Shown here in pieces: positions 28,672 through 39,777 of a stretch of DNA of 64,000 nt. Both the position numbers and the translations under genes were made by a program. The stretch is from an uncultured Candidatus Saccharibacteria bacterium (lineage in GTDB: Bacteria > Patescibacteriota > Minisyncoccia > Phycocordibacterales > PALSA-1337): positions 354,777 through 418,776 of the forward strand of contig CAYWKB010000001.1 in NCBI GenBank assembly GCA_964459225.1, given 5' to 3'. How positions within the stretch are numbered: position 1 is the stretch's first letter; each line of letters starts with the position of its first letter. A model generated the notes under the pieces. The model worked only from the letters and a program-made list of their open reading frames with translations. It was not told the origin of the DNA and did not search any database.

Positions 28672-29787
28672 ATGAAAATTGCATATATTGAAAATATAAG
28701 ACTACCAACGGAAAAGGCGCATGGAATACAAATAATGAAAATGTGTGAGGCTTTTGCTTTAAATGGTCATGAAATAACCCTTATAGTTCCAGATAAACAC
28801 AATATACATAGTATAGATCCTTTTAAATACTATTCGATTTCAAATAAATTTAATATTATAAAAGTGTGGGTACCAAATACAATATTTTTGGGAAAGATTG
28901 GCTATTGGATACAAACTTTGTATTTCTCACAGGTCGCGTCTTTTTATATTCGTAAAATTAAATCAGATATAGTTTATTCAAGAGATGAATTGATTTTATT
29001 AAACTATATACTAATATTTAAAAACATTGTCTGGGAGGCTCATAGAGGTAGTTGGAATGTTGCATCTAAAATATTATCAAGATTTTCTAGAAAAATAATT
29101 GTAATCAGTAACGGTTTGAAGGATTTTTATTTAGATAAAAATAATAAATTATCACAAAAGATATTAGTATCACCTGATGCTGTTGATTTAGAAATGTTTA
29201 ATATTGTTATGAGTAAGGAAGAATGCAGAGATAAATTAAAATTAGATAAAGAAAAGAAAATCATACTATATTCAGGTCATTTATATGAATGGAAGGGTGC
29301 ATATCTGTTGGCGGAGGCAAGTAAATATTTCGATAATAATACAATAGCTGTGTTTGTGGGTGGAACACAATCAGACATAATTAAATATAAGGAAAAGTAT
29401 GAAAGCGACAAATGTATATTTATAGGTAAAAAAGATTATTCAGATATACCATACTATTTAAAAGCAGCAGACATTTTGGTATTACCAAATACACTAAAGG
29501 ATAATATGGGAAGTAAATACACATCACCGCTTAAATTATTTGAATACATGGCAAGTGGAACTTCCATCTTGGCTTCAGATGTTCCGGCGATAATGGAAGT
29601 TTTGAATGAAAATAATTCATTTATATTTAAATCTGATAACGTAAATGATTTAAATAATAAGATAAACTACATTTTAAATAACTTAAACAGTGAAATTGTA
29701 AATGATAGAGTTATAAAAGCTCAAAATGATGTAAAACAATATTCATGGGATAATCGTGCATCAAATATTATCAACTCAATTTTTTAG
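28672..29787 (+). CDS. Glycosyltransferase family 4
   Basis: SPLKLFEYMASGTSILASDVPAIMEV. Confidence 0.75.
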   Translation: MKIAYIENIRLPTEKAHGIQIMKMCEAFALNGHEITLIVPDKHNIHSIDPFKYYSISNKFNIIKVWVPNTIFLGKIGYWIQTLYFSQVASFYIRKIKSDIVYSRDELILLNYILIFKNIVWEAHRGSWNVASKILSRFSRKIIVISNGLKDFYLDKNNKLSQKILVSPDAVDLEMFNIVMSKEECRDKLKLDKEKKIILYSGHLYEWKGAYLLAEASKYFDNNTIAVFVGGTQSDIIKYKEKYESDKCIFIGKKDYSDIPYYLKAADILVLPNTLKDNMGSKYTSPLKLFEYMASGTSILASDVPAIMEVLNENNSFIFKSDNVNDLNNKINYILNNLNSEIVNDRVIKAQNDVKQYSWDNRASNIINSIF

Positions 29788-31342
29788 CAAGTCTAATTGC
29801 TAATGCGCAAATTGTATATGTAGGATTGGCACAACCACTAGTAGGGAAAACTGAACTACTACATATATATAAATTATTTATATCATGTACTCGTAGATCA
29901 TTTGAAACTACTGAGTGATTTTTATCTAATCCCATAATGGTACCTCCGATATGATGACTTGCATCAGAGTTTATATCAAATCTGTCTTTAAGAGTTGATT
30001 TTAAATAGCCAATATTATTTTGCCTAAAATATTCATCTATTTCATTATGTAATTGCACTAAAGACATTTTGTCTAATTCACTTAAATTTAAATGAACAAT
30101 TGGTAATTTATTTCCAAATACATCTTTTTGATTTGAAAGGGTAATATAATTATCTTTTCTAGGTTCCATCTCCATGAAATTCCTCAATCTGATCTTATCT
30201 ATCGGTAATTTAATATTTTTAAATAATCTATGAAAAATATAATATGTTATAGGTATAATGTTGATTATGATTTGATAAATTGATTTCAATAAATTATTTT
30301 TGGTATTCATATCATCACCAGTTTCATTCCAATCTCTTAGATTTACAACTCCTTTCTGGCTATTTTTCCAGAATGATAAAAATGATGTGAATTTCTTAGT
30401 TAATCCAATTAATTCTGTAATACCTTGATTGTCCGTCCAAGGGAATACTGGTTCAAATCTTACATAACTATTCAATACACCTAATTCCTTTTGTCTTTCC
30501 TCGCTAATTCTTATTCCAGCTGATTTTGCCCATCCTTTTTCTAAATAGCCAAATAAATAAGTTAGATTATATATCTTTTTATTTAAATAAATAATACCGG
30601 AATTATTTTTTGGATGATTCATTATAAATTTACCTATGATATTATTTTTATCAATATTTTTATATTTATCTTTAATAATTAACATTAATCTCGTACTTTC
30701 AATACCTCCAGCACATATTACGAATTTCTTTGATCTGATTTTTCTTTTTTCTTTTGTATTCAAATTACATATAGTTATATTATCAATATCGTTTTCATTC
30801 ACAATTTCAAAATCAATTACTGTTTCTCCTACAAATTGTTTTATGTTTTTGTTTGTAAATACTTCGGATAATTTGTGTGCAAAGTTCCATGCTGGGTCTT
30901 TTGCTATAAATATTTTTTCACTTAAATTTTTTGAATTTATTTTAAAATCGGCACTATCTTTTAATTGTCTAATATCCTCCAGACTAAATCTTTCATAATC
31001 TGCAAAACCGTATTTGTTTAAAAGCTTGTAGTATTGAGTTAATTCGCTGTATTGTAGAGGCCATTTTTGTATATCTATTTCATCCATCGGTGCTGATAAT
31101 CCAGCCCAAGTAGTTGATGTGCCACCTAATACTCTTTCTCTTGAATTGTCTTTAATTTTAATCTCTCCAGTGCTTATTACCTTTTTTAATTGAGAGTATT
31201 CTTTATTTTTCTTATTTAAACCGCTTTCGATTATGCATATTTTTTTATTACTATCTTTTAATTCATTGCACAATGTAAGTCCTGCTGGTCCAGTACCTAT
31301 AATACATATATCGTATTCATCTTTTATTATCTCTCCCTTCAT
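29771..31342 (-). CDS. GMC-family FAD-dependent oxidoreductase
   Basis: N-terminal Rossmann DICIIGTGPAGL. C-terminal GMC_oxred_C motif NLYICSSSVFPTSGCANPTYTICALAIRLAKK. Confidence 0.75.
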   Translation of the reverse strand: MKGEIIKDEYDICIIGTGPAGLTLCNELKDSNKKICIIESGLNKKNKEYSQLKKVISTGEIKIKDNSRERVLGGTSTTWAGLSAPMDEIDIQKWPLQYSELTQYYKLLNKYGFADYERFSLEDIRQLKDSADFKINSKNLSEKIFIAKDPAWNFAHKLSEVFTNKNIKQFVGETVIDFEIVNENDIDNITICNLNTKEKRKIRSKKFVICAGGIESTRLMLIIKDKYKNIDKNNIIGKFIMNHPKNNSGIIYLNKKIYNLTYLFGYLEKGWAKSAGIRISEERQKELGVLNSYVRFEPVFPWTDNQGITELIGLTKKFTSFLSFWKNSQKGVVNLRDWNETGDDMNTKNNLLKSIYQIIINIIPITYYIFHRLFKNIKLPIDKIRLRNFMEMEPRKDNYITLSNQKDVFGNKLPIVHLNLSELDKMSLVQLHNEIDEYFRQNNIGYLKSTLKDRFDINSDASHHIGGTIMGLDKNHSVVSNDLRVHDINNLYICSSSVFPTSGCANPTYTICALAIRLAKKLS

Positions 31343-31397
31343 TTATAGTATTTATTAAAGGATTGTATCATATAATTCGTACTGATATAATGTCCAT

Positions 31398-32033
31398 ATG
31401 TTAAGTAAAATAACAAGGAGAAACCTAGATATATTCCTTAAAAAGCACGCTTCAAATGAGCGTATTGTTGACATTGGTTCAGGTAACTCTTCTTATAATA
31501 GATTTTTCCCTAATAGAATATCGGTAGATATTGATCCAAATCGTAAACCAGATATTTTGGGCGATGCTCATGATTTGCCTTTTAAGGATGGAGAAGTTGA
31601 GGCAATACTCTCGACAGATGTCTTTGAACATTTAAAAGATCCAGTCAAGGCAGTTTCAGAAATGAAAAGAGTTTTAAAAAAGGGAGGTAGAGTCGTATTT
31701 GCTACTAGATTTATTTTTCCTATACATGATTCACCTAATGATTTTTGGAGATTTACAAAATACGGTTTAAGGGAATTATTTAAAGATTTTGAGATTTTAG
31801 AATTGGAAGAGGAGACAGTAAATTTTGAAACAATTTCTATTTTACTTCAGCGTATTGGATATCAAACAAAATTATTTTGTAATAAGCCAACAAAATTTAT
31901 TATTTTTATGATAGCAAAAATATTAGCAAAGATTAATTGGATAATAAATGAAGAATACGGTGATATAGCAAGGAAAAATAAAGAACACGGAATGCTAGCA
32001 AGTGGCTATTATATGATCGCAAAAAAGAAATGA
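31398..32033 (+). CDS. Class I SAM-dependent methyltransferase
   Basis: IVDIGSGNSSY and LSTDVFEHL. Confidence 0.7.
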   Translation: MLSKITRRNLDIFLKKHASNERIVDIGSGNSSYNRFFPNRISVDIDPNRKPDILGDAHDLPFKDGEVEAILSTDVFEHLKDPVKAVSEMKRVLKKGGRVVFATRFIFPIHDSPNDFWRFTKYGLRELFKDFEILELEEETVNFETISILLQRIGYQTKLFCNKPTKFIIFMIAKILAKINWIINEEYGDIARKNKEHGMLASGYYMIAKKK

Positions 32034-33160
32034 AGGTACTTTTAATCTCGATGACAAATAACATACAAAGTGGTGGGGGTAATCTCACTCACGAATTGTG
32101 CATGTTTTTAAAAGGCAAAGTGGATTTTACTCTTCTTTTACCTCATGATGAAAAGAGATATGAATACACCTCATATCCCGTTGAATACATACTACCTTCA
32201 TATATTTTTGATACCAAAACGCCTAAAATATTTGAATATCTTTTTTTTAACTATAAAACAGACGCTGATATTGTGCATTCAGTATTTGAATTTCCATATG
32301 CAATAGTTGCAAATAGAATTTCTAAGAAAAATAAAATACCTCTTATTATAGGCTTGGCTGGAACTTATGCTGTAAAGCCATTATTTACATTCCCCGATAG
32401 TTTATTCTTAAAGAGAGCATATAATCATGCAAAGAGAATGATTTCTATTAGTAAATTTACTGCTGATATGGTAATGAAATATTCAAAGACTAAAACACCT
32501 ATTGATATAATACATTGTGCTGTTAACTTTGGAAGGTTTTCTGCTAATTACGAGATTGAGGATATTAGAAAAAAATATTCTAATAAAAAATTATTTATGA
32601 CTGTAGGTGCTATAAAGCCTAGAAAAGGTCACGATATAGTACTTGAAGCTCTTTCTATCTTAAAAAAAGAAAGAAACGATTTCCACTATATAATTACTGG
32701 TAATAATGAAAAAAGAGATGGATATTTTAATAAATTAGATGAAATAATTGAGAGGGGAAATCTAAAAAATAATGTAACTTTTGCCGGATCAATAAGTGAT
32801 GAGGATATGCCAAGATATTTCAATGCGATTGATGTATATATCCATACCCCAGTCATGGTCAATTGGAATTTTGAAGGTTTCGGTATTGTATACTTAGAGG
32901 CTGGTTCTGCAAGAAAAGCGGTTATTGCATCAAATTCAGGTGGAACATTAGATGCTGTTATGGATGGTAAAACAGGTATTGTGGTTCCCGAAGGTGATAT
33001 TGTGTCTACTGCAAATGCTATTAGGAAATTAATTGATGATGAAGAATTAAGAACAAAATTCGGAAATGCTGGTTATGAATATGCCAAAGAGCATACTTGG
33101 GAGAATATTGGTATGAAAATTATAGAACAATATAAACATCTATTAGATAAAAATGCCTAA
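32030..33160 (+). CDS. Glycosyltransferase family 4
   Basis: EGFGIVYLEAGSARKAVIASNSGG. Confidence 0.8.
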   Translation: MKVLLISMTNNIQSGGGNLTHELCMFLKGKVDFTLLLPHDEKRYEYTSYPVEYILPSYIFDTKTPKIFEYLFFNYKTDADIVHSVFEFPYAIVANRISKKNKIPLIIGLAGTYAVKPLFTFPDSLFLKRAYNHAKRMISISKFTADMVMKYSKTKTPIDIIHCAVNFGRFSANYEIEDIRKKYSNKKLFMTVGAIKPRKGHDIVLEALSILKKERNDFHYIITGNNEKRDGYFNKLDEIIERGNLKNNVTFAGSISDEDMPRYFNAIDVYIHTPVMVNWNFEGFGIVYLEAGSARKAVIASNSGGTLDAVMDGKTGIVVPEGDIVSTANAIRKLIDDEELRTKFGNAGYEYAKEHTWENIGMKIIEQYKHLLDKNA

Positions 33161-34391
33161 AAGAAAAATAATTATTATAAATGATGATTTCCCTCCATAT
33201 AGTTCTGGTGGAGCGGCAATTATCGCGCATAATCAAGCGCTTGGATTGAAAGAAAAAGGTTTTGAAGTAATTGTCCTGACTACGGTTAATGATATAAAAA
33301 ATGAGGGTATATTTAATGAAAATGGTATCAGGATAATAAAAATATTTTATAGATATAATCTCAGATTTAGATCATATATATCAATATATAACAGTTTTTT
33401 ATCTAAAAAATTAAAATTAATTCTGATTCAAGAAAAACCTGAAATAGTACATTTTCATAATATTCATTCAAACTTTTCATATCATAGTATTCGTGTGGCA
33501 AGTAAGATTTGTAAAAAAGTGTTTATTACAGTACATGACTCTATGCCGTTTCACTATAGTAAACTTTACCCAAAAGACAAATTCAATCTATCAAAAGATA
33601 ATTATAAAGTATCCGCACTAAGACAAATTAAAGATTTTAAATTCAGATATAATCCATTTAGAAATATATTAATTAAATATTATCTTAAATTCCCGAATAA
33701 AATTATTGCAGTTAGCGATGCTTTAAAAGATGCTTTAGAAGTAAATGGAATAAAAAATGTTGTAACTATTCATAATGGAATTGATATAAGTAAATGGATA
33801 TTAAATAAAAATAAGGTAGATGAATTTAAAAATAAATATGACTTAAACAATAAAAAGGTACTCATGTTTTGTGGTAGGCTAAGTAGAGCAAAGGGTGGGG
33901 AGGTTGTACTCAATATGCTGAAGGAGCTGATAAAAACAATACCAAATATTAGATTGCTGGTAGTTGGTGAAATGGACAGTGAAGCACAGAACCTATCCAA
34001 TATAGCAACTAGGTCAGGTATAAGAGACTATATTATCTTTACCGGTAGTATGAATAGGGAAGAAATAGTAAATGCATATGGCACAAGTGATTTGGTGGTG
34101 GTTCCGTCATTATGTTTTGATTGGTTCCCAACGGTTAATCTTGAGGCAATGGCTTCTGGAATACCTGTTATTGCTACGTGTTTTGGCGGTAGTAAAGAAA
34201 TTATATCTGACGGTGTAAACGGTTATATTATTAATCCATATGATTTAACAGATACACTCAATAGAGTTAGTAAATTATTAAATGATAATTTACTAAGGTC
34301 AAAAATGTCTAACGATATAGTTTCACTATTAATAAAAGAATACGATATAAATAAATATTTACAGAATACTATTATCTGCTATAATCAATAA
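33153..34391 (+). CDS. Glycosyltransferase family 4
   Basis: FPTVNLEAMASGIPVIATCFGGSKE. Confidence 0.8.
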   Translation: MPKRKIIIINDDFPPYSSGGAAIIAHNQALGLKEKGFEVIVLTTVNDIKNEGIFNENGIRIIKIFYRYNLRFRSYISIYNSFLSKKLKLILIQEKPEIVHFHNIHSNFSYHSIRVASKICKKVFITVHDSMPFHYSKLYPKDKFNLSKDNYKVSALRQIKDFKFRYNPFRNILIKYYLKFPNKIIAVSDALKDALEVNGIKNVVTIHNGIDISKWILNKNKVDEFKNKYDLNNKKVLMFCGRLSRAKGGEVVLNMLKELIKTIPNIRLLVVGEMDSEAQNLSNIATRSGIRDYIIFTGSMNREEIVNAYGTSDLVVVPSLCFDWFPTVNLEAMASGIPVIATCFGGSKEIISDGVNGYIINPYDLTDTLNRVSKLLNDNLLRSKMSNDIVSLLIKEYDINKYLQNTIICYNQ

Positions 34392-34392
34392 A

Positions 34393-35394
34393 ATGAAGAC
34401 TGTATTAGTCACTGGGGTTGCGGGATTATTAGGCTCACATTTTTCTGAATATTTAGTAGATAAGGGTTATTTTGTTGTTGGTATTGATAATTTATCTGGA
34501 GGTTATTTATCAAATGTCCATAAACATATTATTGAGAATGAGAGATTTTATAAAATTGACCTAACTAATGCAAAAGAATTAGATAAAATTTTTAAAAAAT
34601 ATAAAATAGATTACGTATATCATTTTGCTGCTTATGCAGCTGAGGGTTTATCACCTTTTATCAGAAGATATAATTATAATAATAATCTAATTTCTTCGAT
34701 TAATGTTATAAATAATTGTATTAAATATAATGTCAAAAAAATGATTTTTGCTTCATCCATGGCTGTATATGGATTTGGAAACCCTCCATTTACCGAAAAT
34801 CAAATTCCAAATCCAGTTGATCCATATGGAGTTGCAAAATATGCGGTAGAAATGGATTTGAAGCAGGCTTGTGAACAATTCGGATTAAAATATACAATTG
34901 TCAGACCACATAATGTTATTGGTGCAAGGCAAAATATTTGGGATAAATATAGGAATGTAATAGGAATATGGATAAGAAAAGTTATTAATGGTGAGAAGAT
35001 TTCTGTTTTTGGTACAGGTAAACAAAAGAGAGCATTTTCTGATATTAGATACTATATGGATCCATTTAAAAAACTTATGACGATGGGTGATGGACAGATA
35101 TTTAATATTGGTGCAGATAAGGATTATAGAATAATTGATGCTGCAAAGATACTTGTTAAAGTCGCAAAAGAGTTTGGGTATAATGCGGAGATTGAATATC
35201 TAGAAAAAAGACATGAAGTAGATGTAGCGTACTGTAATCATGATAAGGCTAAAAAATACCTGAAATTTTATGATGGTACAGATTTAGAATCAACAGTAAG
35301 GGAGATGTTTAGTTGGGCTATAAAACAACCTGTAAGAAAGACTAAAAAAATGGATTATGAAATAGAAAAAAATATGTATAGCTACTGGAAATAA
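34393..35394 (+). CDS. NAD-dependent nucleotide-sugar epimerase/dehydratase (extended SDR)
   Basis: VLVTGVAGLLGSH Rossmann motif and the YGVAK catalytic YxxxK. Confidence 0.8.
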   Translation: MKTVLVTGVAGLLGSHFSEYLVDKGYFVVGIDNLSGGYLSNVHKHIIENERFYKIDLTNAKELDKIFKKYKIDYVYHFAAYAAEGLSPFIRRYNYNNNLISSINVINNCIKYNVKKMIFASSMAVYGFGNPPFTENQIPNPVDPYGVAKYAVEMDLKQACEQFGLKYTIVRPHNVIGARQNIWDKYRNVIGIWIRKVINGEKISVFGTGKQKRAFSDIRYYMDPFKKLMTMGDGQIFNIGADKDYRIIDAAKILVKVAKEFGYNAEIEYLEKRHEVDVAYCNHDKAKKYLKFYDGTDLESTVREMFSWAIKQPVRKTKKMDYEIEKNMYSYWK

Positions 35395-36126
35395 ATGGAT
35401 TTTTTAAATACAAAATTTTATGACGATGCAAGTAAAAATTATTCTCGAAATAGATATAGTTTAGTTAGTGTTAGTTATATTAACTTTTTCTTTAAGAAAA
35501 GATTGAAAATTGTTGTTAACCAGATTTCAAATATTATTTCAAATAATTATCATAACCAAGATAATTTAACATTGCTTGAGAGTGGTTGTGCTGATGGAGT
35601 AGTGATAAATAAAATTATTAAAGAATTTCCGAATAGATTTAGTGTTTATGTCGGTACAGACATATCCCAAGGGATGATTGATGAGGCGATTAAACAAAAT
35701 AAGTTCGAAAATGTAAGATATTATCTTAAGGGTAAAGAAGACGGTGATCTTAAGTATGATATAGTTCTTGCAATTGGGTATTTGAGCCCTGGAATATTTG
35801 ATCAGGAATTTGGGTATTTATTAAGTAATTTAAAAAAAGACGGATTTTTAATAATTTCTCTCGCATCAAGAAATTCTATATATACTAAATTAAAATTAAA
35901 TAATAAGGAGTACATAAGAGATTACTGGTCACATAATGAATATTATAAATACTTATCCAAGAGATTTGATATAGTTAGCATATCTACATGCGGATTATTT
36001 ATACCAAAATTATGGAAATTTCCTTATATAGCTCGTATATTTCAACCAGTAATTGAAGACATTTTAGATATATTCATACCTAATTTATACCATGAAAAGA
36101 TATTTGTACTTAAAATTAGAAATTGA
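35395..36126 (+). CDS. Class I SAM-dependent methyltransferase
   Basis: LLESGCADGVV motif I. Confidence 0.6.
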   Translation: MDFLNTKFYDDASKNYSRNRYSLVSVSYINFFFKKRLKIVVNQISNIISNNYHNQDNLTLLESGCADGVVINKIIKEFPNRFSVYVGTDISQGMIDEAIKQNKFENVRYYLKGKEDGDLKYDIVLAIGYLSPGIFDQEFGYLLSNLKKDGFLIISLASRNSIYTKLKLNNKEYIRDYWSHNEYYKYLSKRFDIVSISTCGLFIPKLWKFPYIARIFQPVIEDILDIFIPNLYHEKIFVLKIRN

Positions 36127-37083
36127 TTTATAAATTTTATGTATTTTTTTAAAAATATTATATAAAAAAGGTAGATTAAATTTAAATAATAAAAATAATT
36201 TTTGAGATATTCTTGTATTGATACCAAATACTTTTTTATATATTAATTCATCCGCAATTTCATTTTGAAATATAGATTGAGGATGAACTAGAGGAAAATC
36301 AATTTCCTCTAGTTTGAAATTTCCAAAATTACCCTTGATTCCATTAGAGTGAGTGGAATTAACACCAAATCCGATGTTCTTTATCATGTTTCGGTTCGGA
36401 ACAATTGCATACGCACCCTCTTTCATACAGGTATATGTCCATGCGACATCCCATGTACTTAATTCGCCCCTATACATTCTTTCAAAGAGATAGTTGAAAT
36501 AATCTATATTATATTTGTCCTTTAGTACTTTATTAATTATCCCCTCATTCTTTATTAATGGCCAGTCAGACATCTTGACATCATATTTTTTCCAAGCTCT
36601 TTTCCATGTTGCCCACCCCCATATCTGTGCTATTCTTGAAAAATAATAACTATTATCAACTTTATTTTTTTCGTCTTGCATATTTAGACCACCAATATGC
36701 ATAATTTCTGTCGAATCTTTGTATTTTATAAGAAGTTCTTCACAAAAGTAGAAAAAAGAATTACTGGGAACACAGTCATCCTCGAGTATTATTGCTTTTT
36801 CGTTATTAGCAAAGACCCAGTCTATGCCACTTGATAATCGATTTTTACATCCAAGATTTACATCTGAGTAATTTTTACGGACTATACATGGCCAGTCTAT
36901 ATTTTTTAATATCTCTCTGGTTTCATCACATAATTGGCTCTCGGATTTATCTCTAGGTCCATCAGCAATAATAAATAATGATTTTGGTTTAACTTTTCTA
37001 ATGCATTCAAATACTGTAGAAGTTTCTTTTGGTCTATTAAATATAAATAATGCAACAGTTGTATCTAATTGTTTATTTTCCAT
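36085..37083 (-). CDS. Putative GT-A fold glycosyltransferase (HlpA-like / GT2-like)
   Basis: ALFIFNRP...LFIIADGPRD and ILEDDCVP (DxD-like). The fold assignment is tentative. Confidence 0.45.
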   Translation of the reverse strand: MENKQLDTTVALFIFNRPKETSTVFECIRKVKPKSLFIIADGPRDKSESQLCDETREILKNIDWPCIVRKNYSDVNLGCKNRLSSGIDWVFANNEKAIILEDDCVPSNSFFYFCEELLIKYKDSTEIMHIGGLNMQDEKNKVDNSYYFSRIAQIWGWATWKRAWKKYDVKMSDWPLIKNEGIINKVLKDKYNIDYFNYLFERMYRGELSTWDVAWTYTCMKEGAYAIVPNRNMIKNIGFGVNSTHSNGIKGNFGNFKLEEIDFPLVHPQSIFQNEIADELIYKKVFGINTRISQKLFLLFKFNLPFLYNIFKKIHKIYKSISNFKYKYLFMV

Positions 37084-38024
37084 ATATCTAATATTTTTTG
37101 ATATTTGCCAATAATATAATGTTGTATCATCATTTTTACTCTACCCCTATAAGCCTGTATTATGATTTTATCATTTGATATTTTATTTTTATAAATAAAT
37201 GACTTAGTCAATTTATTTAATATACGTATAGATCTAATAAGTGATATTATGGCAGTATTTTTACTTGGTTTTTTAATTATCATTATCTCTAAAACACTAT
37301 CAAATTCCTCTCTACTTAATTTTATATATTGATTAATATTTCTAAAAACTATGTTCAATGCATTCTTATATACCGTAGGTTGTGTGTTATTACTACCGGT
37401 AATTGAGGAGTTATGTAATCTTAATTTAAATAGGACCTTAGGTATATTTGCACATCGCAATTCCTTTCCTGGTCTAGAATACATCTCATAGTCTTCTGAA
37501 TGTATAAATTCTTTACTGTATCCTCCATTATTTACCACGACATCAGATCTAAAAAATATAGAACTGTGGAACATAATATTATTGAAAAGGAAATCATATT
37601 TGATAGCTAACGGATCGGTATTATTTCTTGAAATTTTAAGATTATTACCTTTTTCATCAATACACTCAGTCCACGAACCTACTACATCAATTTCTCTATT
37701 TTTTTCCATAAAATCATATTGAGTAGATAGCCTCTCAGGTAAGGCAATATCATCATGATCTAGTCTTGCAATGTATCTTCCTCTTGCGGTATTTAATCCT
37801 ATGTTAAGGCTTTCTATTAGTCCTCTGTTTGTATTATTATTAATTAATATAATTCTTGTATCTTTATATGATTCAATAATTTCTCTAGATTTATCAGTTG
37901 AACCATCATTTACTATAATAAATTCAAAATCAGTGAAAGACTGGTTTAATATACTTTCAATTGACTCATTTAAATATTTTTCACCATTATATACTGTCAT
38001 CAATACAGATATCATCTTTTGCAT
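37065..38024 (-). CDS. Glycosyltransferase family 2
   Basis: ISVLMTVYNGEKYLNESIESILNQSFTDFEFIIVNDGSTD and a downstream DHDD. Confidence 0.85.
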   Translation of the reverse strand: MQKMISVLMTVYNGEKYLNESIESILNQSFTDFEFIIVNDGSTDKSREIIESYKDTRIILINNNTNRGLIESLNIGLNTARGRYIARLDHDDIALPERLSTQYDFMEKNREIDVVGSWTECIDEKGNNLKISRNNTDPLAIKYDFLFNNIMFHSSIFFRSDVVVNNGGYSKEFIHSEDYEMYSRPGKELRCANIPKVLFKLRLHNSSITGSNNTQPTVYKNALNIVFRNINQYIKLSREEFDSVLEIMIIKKPSKNTAIISLIRSIRILNKLTKSFIYKNKISNDKIIIQAYRGRVKMMIQHYIIGKYQKILDIWKINN

Positions 38025-38026
38025 AA

Positions 38027-38842
38027 TTATATTTTAATCCAGTTTTGCGGTATTAAATCAACGGTATTAATATTTTCATCCAAAAACCATTTTTTTGGTG
38101 AAATTACAATCTTATTTTTCTTATCGTTTAACCATGCTGACCACCAACTAAATGTACTATTTGATATGATGTTATTTTCACAATTACTCATTATTATTAA
38201 TTCTTCACAATCACTAATCTTTCTATCATCATTCACGAAGAATATTTTATTTTTAATATTAATATTATTTTTACACCACTCTATATCATCAGAAAATATA
38301 TAGGCATCTGGTAAATCACATATGCTGTTAATATAATCGATTGCATTATTATAATAATCTAGATCGCATACACCATGAAATAGATTAGTCTTTTTTTCGG
38401 TTATGTAATCACCTCTACGGATATGAATTGATACTGAAGATCTAGTTTTTATCTGTTCAATAATTTTATTTGCAGCATTAGTCATTTTACCTCTTATTGT
38501 TAATTCGTCTCTAATAGACTGTGCGATTTCTTCAAAATATCTTTCGCTTTGCCAGTAACCATTTATTATACTGTTATCACTTATTTCTTTATATTTATAA
38601 TCGAATGCAAAATTATGTTCTTTAAATTCTATTAAATTAAAAACTTTTATAGTTACTTCGGCATCTATGTTAAATGCGTCAAGCATGTATTTTCTCTTAT
38701 TTTGATTTCTATAAAAACTAATATCTAACAACAATTTTGTTCCTTGTTTATTAGCTAAATACCTTCCAAATGAGTATTGAAATAGTTGATTACCAAGACC
38801 TCCAGATAATTTACTCACAATCATATTTACTGATATTATCAT
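38027..38842 (-). CDS. Alpha-1,2-fucosyltransferase (GT11)
   Basis: GT11 motifs LSGGLGNQLFQYSFG and VSIHIRRGDY. Confidence 0.85.
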   Translation of the reverse strand: MIISVNMIVSKLSGGLGNQLFQYSFGRYLANKQGTKLLLDISFYRNQNKRKYMLDAFNIDAEVTIKVFNLIEFKEHNFAFDYKYKEISDNSIINGYWQSERYFEEIAQSIRDELTIRGKMTNAANKIIEQIKTRSSVSIHIRRGDYITEKKTNLFHGVCDLDYYNNAIDYINSICDLPDAYIFSDDIEWCKNNINIKNKIFFVNDDRKISDCEELIIMSNCENNIISNSTFSWWSAWLNDKKNKIVISPKKWFLDENINTVDLIPQNWIKI

Positions 38843-38859
38843 TTGTTACGTTAATTGTC

Positions 38860-39777
38860 ATGATGTATACTGGGAATAATATGTTTTTAATAAAAAATAG
38901 AAGAATTACAATTAATAATGTATTTGTTAATTGGCCAAAATCTGCATTGTGGAAAATATATGAAAGTATTATTAGAAAGAGTTTTTTAAGGAATATTATT
39001 TTTTTTAATAGCCCAGTTGTACTTACTGATAAATTTGGTATGCGTTTTGTATTTTATTCTTGGATCCATGAACCATTAGAAAAGCTGATTACAAAAAGAC
39101 ATTTAGTTGGTGAATTTGAGGCGATATCTCGAATAGTAAGACAGGGTAATGTTGTTATTGACATAGGTGCAAATGTAGGAACACACAGTTATATTATGAG
39201 TAAAATTATAGGAAATGAGGGTGTTCAGTATTCATTTGAGCCTGTACCTGAAACATATAAAATTCTTATGGAAAATGTCGCTTTAAATCGCATCTCAAAT
39301 ACAATATGTATTAATTCGGCATTATCAGATAATGATGGTAGTGTAGATATGAATATATTTCCTATGGATTTTTCTGAGTGGAACTCATTCGGTACTCCAG
39401 ACACAAATGAATCTAAACCAATTAGTAAGATTAATGTTAATACTATTAAGTTAGACACTTTCATTAGAAATAACAATATTAAATATGTCGATTTTATTAA
39501 GATTGATGCAGAAGGTGCAGAGAAAAATATTTTTGATGGTTCAGTCAACGTTTTTAATACGAACCGTGTTGGTGTAATTTCATTTGAAATATCAAAGATA
39601 CCGCTTGCGGGTAACGGATCTAATTCAAATGATATATTTGATTTTTTGAAGAAAATTGAGTTTAATGTTTATGAGTTTGATAATAAAGAAAAAAAATTTA
39701 AGGGGCCAATATATGAATCTAATAAAGATTATGCACAGTACTATGCATCGAAGAGTCTGGATTTAAGCAAAATGTAA
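38860..39777 (+). CDS. FkbM-family methyltransferase
   Basis: VVIDIGANVGTHS and FEPVPETYKILMENV (Methyltransf_21). The track ORF starts at 38770, overlapping the fucosyltransferase, so the likely start is the Met pair at 38860. Confidence 0.7.
   Translation: MMYTGNNMFLIKNRRITINNVFVNWPKSALWKIYESIIRKSFLRNIIFFNSPVVLTDKFGMRFVFYSWIHEPLEKLITKRHLVGEFEAISRIVRQGNVVIDIGANVGTHSYIMSKIIGNEGVQYSFEPVPETYKILMENVALNRISNTICINSALSDNDGSVDMNIFPMDFSEWNSFGTPDTNESKPISKINVNTIKLDTFIRNNNIKYVDFIKIDAEGAEKNIFDGSVNVFNTNRVGVISFEISKIPLAGNGSNSNDIFDFLKKIEFNVYEFDNKEKKFKGPIYESNKDYAQYYASKSLDLSKM

Noticed and set aside
38770-38859. Upstream 30 codons of the FkbM methyltransferase ORF overlapping the GT11 gene
   Set aside because: The overlap with the convergent fucosyltransferase stop is unlikely to be coding. 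The Met pair at 38860 gives a sensible N-terminus.
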